DNA from: a virus
Taxonomy: Duplodnaviria > Caudoviricetes
Length of the DNA stretch: 26,952 nucleotides
Virus record (IMG/VR): IMGVR_UViG_3300033076_000568
Span: 1 to 26,952 of that record
Direction: 5' to 3' (one strand)
Shown here piece after piece: positions 8,937-17,490 of this stretch. Both the position numbers and the translations under genes were made by a program. Position 1 is the first letter of the stretch, and each line of letters starts with the position of its first letter. The notes beneath the pieces are model-generated. The model searched no databases. It was not told the DNA's origin and saw only the letters and a program-made list of their open reading frames with translations.

Positions 8937-10598
8937 TTATGGGCAAGTTGTTGAAAAACCTTTTTCAGTATTACATGGATCTAAGTATGCAATCATACCA
9001 TCTAAACTAAACTCAAATCCTCCTAACTGGTCTGCTTGTGAAGCATCACAACTAAAATCCCATGTAGTTGCAAAAGCATCTGATACTAATGGAAAATTAG
9101 CACTTGATGGAGCATTTTGAATGTCTGATGCTGCTGCAATATAATTTGGTAGATTTTCACCTATTCTAGTATTTGAAGTTAAAAATCTAAATGGGCTATT
9201 ACCAAATAAAGTTGTGGCTGCAGTACCATCTTCAATATCATCTACTGTTTGAATTTCTAATTGTTTATTTGCAGTAATAAAAATATTTACTACACTAGAT
9301 AATGCTGTACCATAACTTCCTTTTACAGTAAGTTGTCTTGCAATTACTTGTAAACCAGATCTATATAGTGCATCAAAATTACCAGCTGTTATTGAAGAAG
9401 GAACTACAGAAGCTCCATTATTAAATTGCATTCCGCCTGCACCAATAATAGTGCAACCACCAACTCCACTCCATGTTGTACAACCTTGTATTCCATTGTA
9501 TGCATTTTCTGAAGTAAGTGGGACCACACTACCTGGAGAGGCTGGGTTCTCAAGAGGAATATACACATTACCTCTAAAATGAACTTGATTACCAATTCTT
9601 CTACACTGTGGTTTAGTTACACCAGAGTAATAAGCAAATCCTTCAAGATCTATCCAACCACTGTCTGTAATATTTGCTGTAATTATATTACCTGTATTGT
9701 CTAGATTGACTGTTGCAGTATTATCAACAGAAACTGTAATTGTACTTACATAGTTATACACATCACAAATTGCAATCCATAAGTTATTAATTGCATCAGC
9801 TGCTGTATCTAAATTAGATGATGTCACCCAAGTACCTGCATAAGCAACAGAAAATGCTGTTCCAAACACAAGTGATAAATCAGCATCTGCAATACATTGA
9901 GAAAGAACAGCTGCAGTAATTGCAGAAGCCTCCCCTGTTGCAGATTTTAATGCACAATAACCATAAGTATTATCATTAAGTAAAGCATTTAAAACTGCAT
10001 CAATTGTATAACTTCCGGGTGATACAATTGTACCACTTAGTGTACAGTCTACTGGAATAGATGGTAAAGTAAATACGGGTGCTGGTGCTGATTCAAGAGC
10101 TGTTACTCTATTATCTAAGCTAAGTATACTTGAATTAATAGTAGCAATCTGTGATACTAATGAACATACTTTAGTTCCAATTGCTTGAGCATATTCAGAT
10201 ACAGTCATAACTGTAACTCCTCCAATTACAAAACAAGGTGCAACTGTTACTAGAGTTTCTGATACTGTAGTTTTTGTAGTATTTATTACAGTGCTTGTTG
10301 CTGGATCAGCAATGTTATTTACTTCAGTTTGTAATGCACAGATTTGTTCAATTAAAAACTGTATAAGAGCTTGAAAATCATTTGGACCACAAGCAGTTAG
10401 ATTGAAGCATGATAAATCATAATTAGTTACATTTAGTGTATCTAATACTGTACATAGTTCTAGTGCAAGTTTGTATACAACTTCTGAAATTGTATCACCC
10501 GAACATAGTTTGATACAAGGAATATCTGGTCCTTGCCAAATCACACAATTAGATGAGATTGGACTACAAGGTGAGTTATCATAATTTAGTGGCTTCAT
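8937..10598 (-). CDS. Putative tail fibre / receptor-binding protein, 553 aa
   Basis: Repeated Cys-capped helical segments, coiled-coil (LDNRVTALE), then TDSGWIDL...CRRIGNQVHFRG, a pattern typical of the start of phage fibre head domains. Confidence 0.6.
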   Translation of the reverse strand: MKPLNYDNSPCSPISSNCVIWQGPDIPCIKLCSGDTISEVVYKLALELCTVLDTLNVTNYDLSCFNLTACGPNDFQALIQFLIEQICALQTEVNNIADPATSTVINTTKTTVSETLVTVAPCFVIGGVTVMTVSEYAQAIGTKVCSLVSQIATINSSILSLDNRVTALESAPAPVFTLPSIPVDCTLSGTIVSPGSYTIDAVLNALLNDNTYGYCALKSATGEASAITAAVLSQCIADADLSLVFGTAFSVAYAGTWVTSSNLDTAADAINNLWIAICDVYNYVSTITVSVDNTATVNLDNTGNIITANITDSGWIDLEGFAYYSGVTKPQCRRIGNQVHFRGNVYIPLENPASPGSVVPLTSENAYNGIQGCTTWSGVGGCTIIGAGGMQFNNGASVVPSSITAGNFDALYRSGLQVIARQLTVKGSYGTALSSVVNIFITANKQLEIQTVDDIEDGTAATTLFGNSPFRFLTSNTRIGENLPNYIAAASDIQNAPSSANFPLVSDAFATTWDFSCDASQADQLGGFEFSLDGMIAYLDPCNTEKGFSTTCP

Positions 10599-10613
10599 AT
10601 TTCTTCTATTACT

Positions 10614-10645
10614 ATAATATACAAAAATTAATTAAGAATGGCAAG
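10614..10645 (-). promoter_or_regulatory. Putative promoter CTTG-N20-TATATTAT upstream of the 553-aa fibre gene
   Basis: TATATTAT at 10614-10621 and CTTG at 10642-10645, the same 20-nt spacing as the other copies. Confidence 0.5.
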
Positions 10646-12518
10646 TGCTACAACTGCCTCCACAGGATCCACCACAACCACATCCTGTATTACATCCACA
10701 TGATGGAGTTGAACATACATAGTCTGGATTAACCAATGCTTTTAAATCTATAAGTTGTTTCTTTATAATGTATTGTTGATCTTCTTCTGGACAACAATTG
10801 CTAATACCATATCTAAGTTCAAGTACTTGTTTATACAGAGCCTCTGCAGCTTTACATGAAATTTCTTCATATTTCCAAGTAGAACAATACGGTGTATTAT
10901 ATCCTGGTTTTAAACTTCTTTTTGGATATACTGGTGGTGGACATGTAAATACATTATCTACTTCTGTACAGTTACCAAAATATTCTACATAATCTGTTGG
11001 ATATGAAGTAAGCCAATGAGCCATACATATTCTTTCAGATTTTTGTCCAGCTACAAGAGTTATTGTTTGAACATTCCCCTCACAGTCTAAATAGTCATAG
11101 TTATGACTTACTATGTCATGGTTCTTAAGTCTTGAACATACACATGGAAAACTAGTTAAACATTCTATACATGTTTCAAATTCATTTGATATGTCTCCTA
11201 ATACACCAGCTCCAACACTTGTCTGAGATAATGAAACTGTCCAACAAGTAGTAGGACACCATTCAAGTATAATAATGCTTCCAACATAATCTGAAAGATC
11301 TGTAGAAGTAATTATAGGAGCTTCTGTATCTGTACAGTCAGTAAGTTGATAATATGTAGTTTTACATGCTTCACAATCATCAAAAGCTGCTGCAACAATT
11401 ACTGGTATATCAGATGGAATTGGATTTGGATATTCTTCTATAATCCAACATCCGGGGCAATTATCTTCAACATTAATAACCTGACCTACATGTGCACTTA
11501 GATCTGATGATGTATAAATAATTGTATTTAGATCATCACAGTTTGTAAGCTTATAGTTAGGAGCTGGATTACAAAGTTCACAATTGTCATATACTTGAAG
11601 TACTACAACATCAATTGCACAATTACAAGATACAACATCAGTAACCTCCCAGCAGTTTTCATAGTTTTGAATTTGTACAACTTGACCAAGAGCAGCATAT
11701 GGAGATAGTGATTGAGCAGTTGTATAAATAGGATCTAATATCCCTGCACAATCTGTAAGTTCATAGCATTGACCTGGGCATACTCCACCTTCACATAGCC
11801 CGTGACTTACTATTGTAAGATTAGGACCCGGACCAGGATTTGTAAATGGGTATACAAGTGAACAATCTTTCCAATAACCATTTGTTGAAGTAACTACTTG
11901 ATTACCATTACAGTCAATGTATTCTAATTTAGCAGTCCCAATAATTTCATAACAATTACAATCACATGAACATGGTACATCACCATTTACTTCAACAGTA
12001 ACTGCATTGTTACAATTATCTGATTCTATAACATAAAAACATGAAAACCCAAAATCAGCATCTACTTGTATTTGAGCAAAATTATTTACATAAGCAGATA
12101 AATCTGTATCAGTTGTAATTGGTGGATAATTGCCTTCACAAGAATAAATTATGTAGCACTGTGGATCACATGTAGGACATGTTATTAGTTCACTACCACA
12201 GGGTGTTTCATAATTTGTACTACTATCCCAAGTATAGTTACTTGGAGTATTAGTAGGAACCATTTGAAGATTACCGTATAGGGCAGCTGTAATAACATCA
12301 CCTGGACCAGCAGTTCCTCTAAAAATTCTGTAACACTGATTTTGTAATAGATTATAAGTATTAGTTAGAGGATCATAACCTAAGGCTCCTGTCCCTTCAT
12401 ATATATTTATACCAGGAGTTGGGCCGACAACTATAGTTCCATCAAAGGCAAAATATAGTGTAGGACCACCACAGCATGGCTCAAATCCGTAATATGCAGC
12501 AGAAGCAAATGTTGTCAT
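10632..12518 (-). CDS. Very Cys-rich repeat-containing virion protein, 628 aa
   Basis: About 53 Cys by manual count; four ~65-aa repeats (Y.LT.C...I.T..DLS.YVG.V......CW.V...C..C); Cys/Gly-rich tail. Confidence 0.7.
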   Translation of the reverse strand: MTTFASAAYYGFEPCCGGPTLYFAFDGTIVVGPTPGINIYEGTGALGYDPLTNTYNLLQNQCYRIFRGTAGPGDVITAALYGNLQMVPTNTPSNYTWDSSTNYETPCGSELITCPTCDPQCYIIYSCEGNYPPITTDTDLSAYVNNFAQIQVDADFGFSCFYVIESDNCNNAVTVEVNGDVPCSCDCNCYEIIGTAKLEYIDCNGNQVVTSTNGYWKDCSLVYPFTNPGPGPNLTIVSHGLCEGGVCPGQCYELTDCAGILDPIYTTAQSLSPYAALGQVVQIQNYENCWEVTDVVSCNCAIDVVVLQVYDNCELCNPAPNYKLTNCDDLNTIIYTSSDLSAHVGQVINVEDNCPGCWIIEEYPNPIPSDIPVIVAAAFDDCEACKTTYYQLTDCTDTEAPIITSTDLSDYVGSIIILEWCPTTCWTVSLSQTSVGAGVLGDISNEFETCIECLTSFPCVCSRLKNHDIVSHNYDYLDCEGNVQTITLVAGQKSERICMAHWLTSYPTDYVEYFGNCTEVDNVFTCPPPVYPKRSLKPGYNTPYCSTWKYEEISCKAAEALYKQVLELRYGISNCCPEEDQQYIIKKQLIDLKALVNPDYVCSTPSCGCNTGCGCGGSCGGSCSTCHS

Positions 12519-12525
12519 TATCTAT

Positions 12526-12708
12526 CTATTTATATCTATCTTTCCCCCAAACTTGATTTGTTTTAGAGACTGTTGTGATTGTTTTTCGTTGTTTTAAATT
12601 GGCCTCATAAGAGGTTACACATTTTGAACATACTGATTTGCCATCTGATGCTGTTCTTCTCTGACATCCACATGACATTTTATTTTTACAGTTTGCACAA
12701 GTTGCCAT
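12526..12708 (-). CDS. Small Cys-rich (Zn-ribbon-like) protein, 60 aa
   Basis: CANC-x5-CGC-x11-CSKC; fills the gap between neighbours; A-rich leader AAAAACCAATAACTT-ATG. Confidence 0.7.
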   Translation of the reverse strand: MATCANCKNKMSCGCQRRTASDGKSVCSKCVTSYEANLKQRKTITTVSKTNQVWGKDRYK

Positions 12709-12729
12709 AAGTTATTGGTTTTTAAGTTG

Positions 12730-13272
12730 TTAACAATTGATACAATCCATTTTATTAAGAAGCTTCCAAGCATAATTATAAAGTGACATACCCTTCTGCG
12801 GTTCATGACAAAACTCTACTTTAGACTTAGCAGCTTCTAGATACATTCTGATCATACCAAGTTCTTCTAATTTCTGTTTAATTTTAAATGGCGGATCACA
12901 GTCTGCCACATCTAATCTACAAAGAATATTGTAGTATCTATTTAATGCTTTTGTGATTCTCATATGATTATACTCTACATATACTACATCATTAGGAGAA
13001 ACACTGTATTTAATAATATAAATACCATCTGGAATATCTACATATTCTGTTCCACAGTTTGATGTCTGCAAGTTGAGATCACAAGCTGTGATGTTCTCAA
13101 TGAATCCTGCATTTACATCTAACTGTACAGAATGCTGAAAACCAGGAACAGTAATATTTAACTGCTCACAAACTACAGGAATTAAATCTGTATAAACACT
13201 AGTATCCATTACTGTAAGGATACAAGGATTCATTACTGTAGGTACTTCTAAACTTAATACGTGATTAGCCAT
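12730..13272 (-). CDS. Putative tail hub/structural protein, 180 aa
   Basis: Beta-rich N-part with DTSVY and IPDGIYIIKYSV, helical C-part ending DCINC; follows the auxiliary capsid-like gene, where crAss-like hub genes lie. Confidence 0.55.
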   Translation of the reverse strand: MANHVLSLEVPTVMNPCILTVMDTSVYTDLIPVVCEQLNITVPGFQHSVQLDVNAGFIENITACDLNLQTSNCGTEYVDIPDGIYIIKYSVSPNDVVYVEYNHMRITKALNRYYNILCRLDVADCDPPFKIKQKLEELGMIRMYLEAAKSKVEFCHEPQKGMSLYNYAWKLLNKMDCINC

Positions 13273-13283
13273 AGGTATTTAAT

Positions 13284-13322
13284 AAAAAAGGGGATAGGAG
13301 TTTAGAACTCTTCTCCCCTTTT
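13284..13322 (-). terminator. Intrinsic terminator after the 545-aa gene
   Basis: Minus strand AAAAGGGGA-GAA-GAGTT-CTA-AACTC-CTA-TCCCCTTTTTT: stem with an internal loop and a U6 tail. Confidence 0.7.
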
Positions 13323-13346
13323 GATTTTTATTCTTCAGTTACTTGA

Positions 13347-14984
13347 CTAGCAAGAAACTACATTGTAAGGGTTGTACACTGGAAGTGTAGGGAAGTTCAC
13401 AGGAACATCACATACAGTATCACAAGAGAATGCCTCAATGTTACAACCTGCACCACAACCATTTAACCATTCTGTTACATCAGAAACAAAGATAGACATT
13501 GCTGATGTAGAGAAGATAGTTAATGCATATTGATCATTATCAAATACACCAGTTGGGTTATTGAAACGTGGTACATTGTGGATAAGTACATATCTGTAGT
13601 ATAATGCACTTCTATCAATAGCACTTACAATTTGGTTACCTTGAGTGATCTCACGGATACGGAAATCAGTAGCCAAGAAGTTTTGTCTGTAAGACTCAGA
13701 AAGAGTAAGTTCTCTAAGAACTGTCTCACCAAGACCTTGTACTTGAAGACCAGCACACTCAGTAACTACACAAAGAGTAGTAAATGCACATGGATCACCA
13801 TTAAGATCTACTTCAGAAGCATAAAGTTTAACTGGCTCTTTTTCATAGAAGTCAGAAATTTGGAAAGTACAGTCACCAAATCTAGTGTCTACATAAGCAC
13901 CATTAAGGATAAGACCTGCACAAGCACCGTCAGTGTGACCAGCAGATACATAGTTATCCCAAGTATCAGCACCATTTGCAGCTAAGAAAGTAGCAGAAGT
14001 TCCTGGAGCATACCAGATAGAACCATCTTCAGCTTGTACAACTGGTTGGATAAAAGGAGCAACAATTGGGTTGTTTACAATTGCATTAGCCCAAGCAATC
14101 ATTACAGTAGTTGAGTCAACTGCAACTGGTGCAATAGCACCGTCTGGGCAACAACCTGTATATGCATCAACAGTTGCATATGCATTGTGGTTTAAGAATC
14201 TCAAAGCAGGAGAACCTTTAACATCCAAACGGAGGTAGTAAGTCTCACCACATACAAACTCTTTGCAACACTCAGCTACAGTACCACAACCTGTTTGTGC
14301 ATGAGCATCAGTAATTGTAGCTACATCTACAGTAGCATCATTGTTACCACCTACAAGTGTAAGAGTATCATTTACTGTATAACCTTTACCAGGATTAATA
14401 ACAGTAGCTGAATCTACAGTACCACCAGTAACAACAATTTCTAATACAGCACCAGTACCTGTACCACCAGTTACTTCAACTGTATAAGTACCATTAGCAT
14501 AACCTGTACCAGCTACAAGAGTATCAACAGTTAATGCACCACCACCATTAGTCCAGTAAGTAGAACCTACGTGGATTACATTGTTTTGTGGAGCACATGG
14601 AGCCACTGAATAGAAACGTGATACATATTTAGGGTTGATCAATTTAGACTTGTTAGTCTCTTGGTAACCACCTGCCAATGGACCAATCTTATCATTGTCA
14701 TAAATTGCAGAACCTGCAAGATATACATTACAACAATCAGATGGAGTAATTGTCAAGTTAGTACTTGGACTAAAAATACCAAAGTAGCCATTTGCTGTTT
14801 CTGATGCAGCAGCTGCTTTCAATTGGTTCAAACCATAAGTTGGTACACCATCAGTACGAACATACCCATTCTGAGTAGTTACAGCTACTGAGCTACCATC
14901 TAAAAGAGTTACAGAAACATTTCCTGAAAGAGAAGCTCCTGTAGCTAAAAATGCTTTTTCAAAAGCGTGATTAAAGTAAGCCAT
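13347..14984 (-). CDS. Putative auxiliary capsid (decoration) protein, crAss gene 73/gp36-like, 545 aa
   Basis: SKLINPKYV and GETYYLRL motifs; position after the first ring gene; own promoter and terminator; many C-ending codons like the MCP, suggesting high expression. Confidence 0.55.
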   Translation of the reverse strand: MAYFNHAFEKAFLATGASLSGNVSVTLLDGSSVAVTTQNGYVRTDGVPTYGLNQLKAAAASETANGYFGIFSPSTNLTITPSDCCNVYLAGSAIYDNDKIGPLAGGYQETNKSKLINPKYVSRFYSVAPCAPQNNVIHVGSTYWTNGGGALTVDTLVAGTGYANGTYTVEVTGGTGTGAVLEIVVTGGTVDSATVINPGKGYTVNDTLTLVGGNNDATVDVATITDAHAQTGCGTVAECCKEFVCGETYYLRLDVKGSPALRFLNHNAYATVDAYTGCCPDGAIAPVAVDSTTVMIAWANAIVNNPIVAPFIQPVVQAEDGSIWYAPGTSATFLAANGADTWDNYVSAGHTDGACAGLILNGAYVDTRFGDCTFQISDFYEKEPVKLYASEVDLNGDPCAFTTLCVVTECAGLQVQGLGETVLRELTLSESYRQNFLATDFRIREITQGNQIVSAIDRSALYYRYVLIHNVPRFNNPTGVFDNDQYALTIFSTSAMSIFVSDVTEWLNGCGAGCNIEAFSCDTVCDVPVNFPTLPVYNPYNVVSC

Positions 14985-15016
14985 TTTTTCTAATTTTTAA
15001 TTAATAAACATATACT

Positions 15017-15048
15017 ATAATATAGTGAAAGTTTTTAAAACTTCCAAA
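15017..15048 (-). promoter_or_regulatory. Putative promoter TTTG-N20-TATATTAT upstream of the 545-aa gene
   Basis: TTTG at 15045-15048, 20 nt, TATATTAT at 15017-15024. Confidence 0.6.
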
Positions 15049-15049
15049 A

Positions 15050-15565
15050 TTATTTCAAGAAAAGTAATTTATACTTTGTTGAGTTAATTGAATCTTTAAC
15101 AAGATCTAGATTATTTACAATTTCTGAGTAAGGCATCATACCTTGAAGTTTGTTAACTGTATTATAAAGATCTCTTAAATAAGCTACAGCATCTGCAGTA
15201 GTATCAAGAGTTCTGATTGGCATATCTGTATACTTAAGAAGTTTTTCAGAAACACCCTGGTAACTTTCTACTAAAGTATCTGCATGACCATGAAGACCCT
15301 CATAAAAATCTCCAAGTGCTTTATGTGCAGCATAAGAACCATCACCTGTTACTTTTAAATGTAGTCTATGAAAACTAATTGATGCATTCATCATCTCTGT
15401 AGCACATGCTGCTGTCATTGTATCAAGAGAACTACCGCCAACCCCAGCATCTGATGTAGGTTGTGGTTTAGCCGGTTCACTTTTAGATTGTGTAACAACA
15501 GGTTCTGGTCTGCTAATTGTTTTTGCAGGTTGCAGATTTCTTTTTAACATTCTTTTTGCTTCCAT
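15050..15565 (-). CDS. Ferritin/Dps-like four-helix protein (DUF5856-like), 171 aa
   Basis: HRLHLKVTG..SYAAHKALGDFYEGL...ADTLVESYQG parallels the Dps H...H...D...E ferroxidase pattern; ends TKYKLLFLK; Lys/Pro-rich N-terminal extension. Confidence 0.7.
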   Translation of the reverse strand: MEAKRMLKRNLQPAKTISRPEPVVTQSKSEPAKPQPTSDAGVGGSSLDTMTAACATEMMNASISFHRLHLKVTGDGSYAAHKALGDFYEGLHGHADTLVESYQGVSEKLLKYTDMPIRTLDTTADAVAYLRDLYNTVNKLQGMMPYSEIVNNLDLVKDSINSTKYKLLFLK

Positions 15566-15567
15566 GA

Positions 15568-16266
15568 TTAGTTATTACGTTCTGCTGTTTCTGTACCTCT
15601 AGAGAACTGATTTCCTGATTCAATGTCTCCGGCAAGAATACTTACTGCTTCATCAATTATTACTTCTATAATATCATCTTTAAACTCACATTCTACATTC
15701 TGTGTAGATTGAACACTTGTGTAAGGATCAACACAACCTTGAATTTGAATTTTAATAGGCTGTCTATAATAGATAATATCTGCACTCTGAATTTCAAACT
15801 CACCATTAGTATAAATGTGAGTAGTATTACCAATTAAAGTTGCAAATGTTTCAGCCCAATCAAAACTTGGTTGTTTACCTTTATCCCTAAGAAGAACATT
15901 AAGATCTCCCTCTTGAGCAAGATATACTGTCATTCTTCTTTTTTCACAACAATCTTGTTTTGCATAAACATCTACTCTCTTCCATTGAAGATAATCTTCT
16001 GGAAGATTACCAAAGTAATAGTACTCTTTATCTGTAATAGAGAGGGCTTGTTTATTTAAAAGAACTTGCAGGTCATCTTTTCTACGAGTAGAGCCTTCAT
16101 CACCTTCTTTAACTAAATTAATTCCGTGCAACTGTCTTCTAGCCCACTCAACTTGTGCTTTATTAAATGCCTCAACTACTTGCCAACATTCAATGTTGTC
16201 ATAGTCCTGGCTATCTAATTTATTTAGCCGTTGCTTGATCTTTATTTCAATTGTACTATTTAACAT
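15568..16266 (-). CDS. Tail ring / head-tail connector protein (crAss gene 74-like), 232 aa
   Basis: KLDSQ...EAFNKAQ, RRKDDLQVL, LPEDYL, YYRQP and CEF...IIDEAV motifs resemble crAss-like ring proteins encoded after the MCP. Confidence 0.7.
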   Translation of the reverse strand: MLNSTIEIKIKQRLNKLDSQDYDNIECWQVVEAFNKAQVEWARRQLHGINLVKEGDEGSTRRKDDLQVLLNKQALSITDKEYYYFGNLPEDYLQWKRVDVYAKQDCCEKRRMTVYLAQEGDLNVLLRDKGKQPSFDWAETFATLIGNTTHIYTNGEFEIQSADIIYYRQPIKIQIQGCVDPYTSVQSTQNVECEFKDDIIEVIIDEAVSILAGDIESGNQFSRGTETAERNN

Positions 16267-16272
16267 CCAGTA

Positions 16273-16455
16273 TTATTTTTTCTTCATTTTACCAAGAGTA
16301 ATAGCAAGTCTTGCTCTTTGACCAAGTTTACCACCTTTCTTAGCAGCTGCTTCTAATTTAGCTTTAGGGATCTTTTCACCTTTCTTTACACCAAGTTGTT
16401 CTCTAAGAGCTCCTGGCTTTTTAATAGCACCTTGAATCCATTTTTTTTCAGCCAT
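16273..16455 (-). CDS. Small basic protein, 60 aa
   Basis: KKWIQGAIKKPGALR...GQRARLAITL, a recurrent small phage protein motif; tightly packed in the operon. Confidence 0.8.
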   Translation of the reverse strand: MAEKKWIQGAIKKPGALREQLGVKKGEKIPKAKLEAAAKKGGKLGQRARLAITLGKMKKK

Positions 16456-16457
16456 GG

Positions 16458-16757
16458 TTATTTCTTTTTAATAGAACCACCTTTTTTCTTAATAACTCCA
16501 CGGCCTTTAAGAATATCTGCTCTAGTTATTTTACCATCCTTATTAAGATCTGGAAAACCACCCTTAGCCATTTTCTTTACTGCTCCACCTTTTTTCATGG
16601 TATCAACACCTTGGTAGTTAGGACCAGTAGGACCACTGTTTGGAATACCAGCAATTACAGATTTAGTTCCCTTAGAACCTACAGTAGTTTTCATAGAACC
16701 ACCTTTCTGCATTTTCTTCATTGAGCCACCACATTTGGCACACATTACTTTTTTCAT
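16458..16757 (-). CDS. Small basic protein with MxKGG repeats and an EF-hand-like loop, 99 aa
   Basis: CAKCGG, MQKGG, MKKGG, MAKGG, KKKGG; DLNKDGKITRAD loop. Confidence 0.75.
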   Translation of the reverse strand: MKKVMCAKCGGSMKKMQKGGSMKTTVGSKGTKSVIAGIPNSGPTGPNYQGVDTMKKGGAVKKMAKGGFPDLNKDGKITRADILKGRGVIKKKGGSIKKK

Positions 16758-16769
16758 CTTATATAATAT

Positions 16770-17051
16770 TTAACAGTTCCACTTTCTAAGACTCTTATTA
16801 ATCCTAGAATTAGGATCATTGGCTGTCTTTGAGCCAGTAAGTTTTTTCTTCATACCAGACATTCTAGCACAAAAAGATTTACGTCTCTTTGCATCTTTAC
16901 TATCTGGATCAAGTTTAGAGGGCTTAGTAGTCACAGCCATCTTAAGTTTACTTCCTGGATTTTCTTTTCTATAGGAAGCAACACCTTTTGCATTAAGACC
17001 TCCGGTCTTACTTTTTCCTTCTTTGCGCGTCCAAGCAGCTGTCTTTGCCAT
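16770..17051 (-). CDS. Small basic protein (DUF6321-like), 93 aa
   Basis: AWTRKEGK...GGLNAKG...RRKSFCARMSG...SRINKSLRKWNC signature, recognised from memory. Confidence 0.8.
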   Translation of the reverse strand: MAKTAAWTRKEGKSKTGGLNAKGVASYRKENPGSKLKMAVTTKPSKLDPDSKDAKRRKSFCARMSGMKKKLTGSKTANDPNSRINKSLRKWNC

Positions 17052-17053
17052 GA

Positions 17054-17224
17054 TTATTTTTTTACACAGTTATTGTATGTCTTACCATACATCTTTTTAG
17101 TACCTTTTTTTTCATAACCAGGCCAACAACTTTTAGCTGTACCACCTTTAGCCATCTTTGGTTTCTTACCAGCTTTCTTCATTGAGATAGCTATCGCTGC
17201 TTGTTGTGCTTTAGTCTTTGCCAT
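17054..17224 (-). CDS. Small basic protein with CWPGY...NCVK motif, 56 aa (absent from the ORF track)
   Basis: Read by hand: MAKTKAQQAAIAISMKKAGKKPKMAKGGTAKSCWPGYEKKGTKKMYGKTYNNCVKK. ATG overlaps the upstream TAA and the ORF fills the gap almost exactly. Confidence 0.85.
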   Translation of the reverse strand: MAKTKAQQAAIAISMKKAGKKPKMAKGGTAKSCWPGYEKKGTKKMYGKTYNNCVKK

Positions 17225-17490
17225 TATCTATGCTTTGCTGCCTTTTTTGCAATATTTTTAGGCTGTTTAACAAACTGTTTTCCTTTACTATTACCTGCAG
17301 CTTTTGCTTTATTTGTAGCAGCTTTTTCTCCAGCAGATAATGACCCCCAAGCAGCTTCTGGTAAATACCTCTTTGAGCCATTAGATTTTACTTCTTTATT
17401 CTTACCTTTCTTTTTATTTGCATAGGTACCAGAAGTCATCCACTTTTGAGCGGACCAATCTCTAAGACTTTGTTGAGGATCTTTAGCCAT
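17224..17490 (-). CDS. Small basic protein, C-terminal half of a DUF5872-like family, 88 aa
   Basis: QQSLRDWSAQKW...RYLPEAAWGSLS..EKAATNKAK...GKQFVKQP signature. Confidence 0.8.
   Translation of the reverse strand: MAKDPQQSLRDWSAQKWMTSGTYANKKKGKNKEVKSNGSKRYLPEAAWGSLSAGEKAATNKAKAAGNSKGKQFVKQPKNIAKKAAKHR

Noticed and set aside
16758-16770. AATATTAT as a further promoter copy
   Set aside because: Mismatch at the conserved first T, no upstream TTTG at 20 nt, and only a 12-nt gap.
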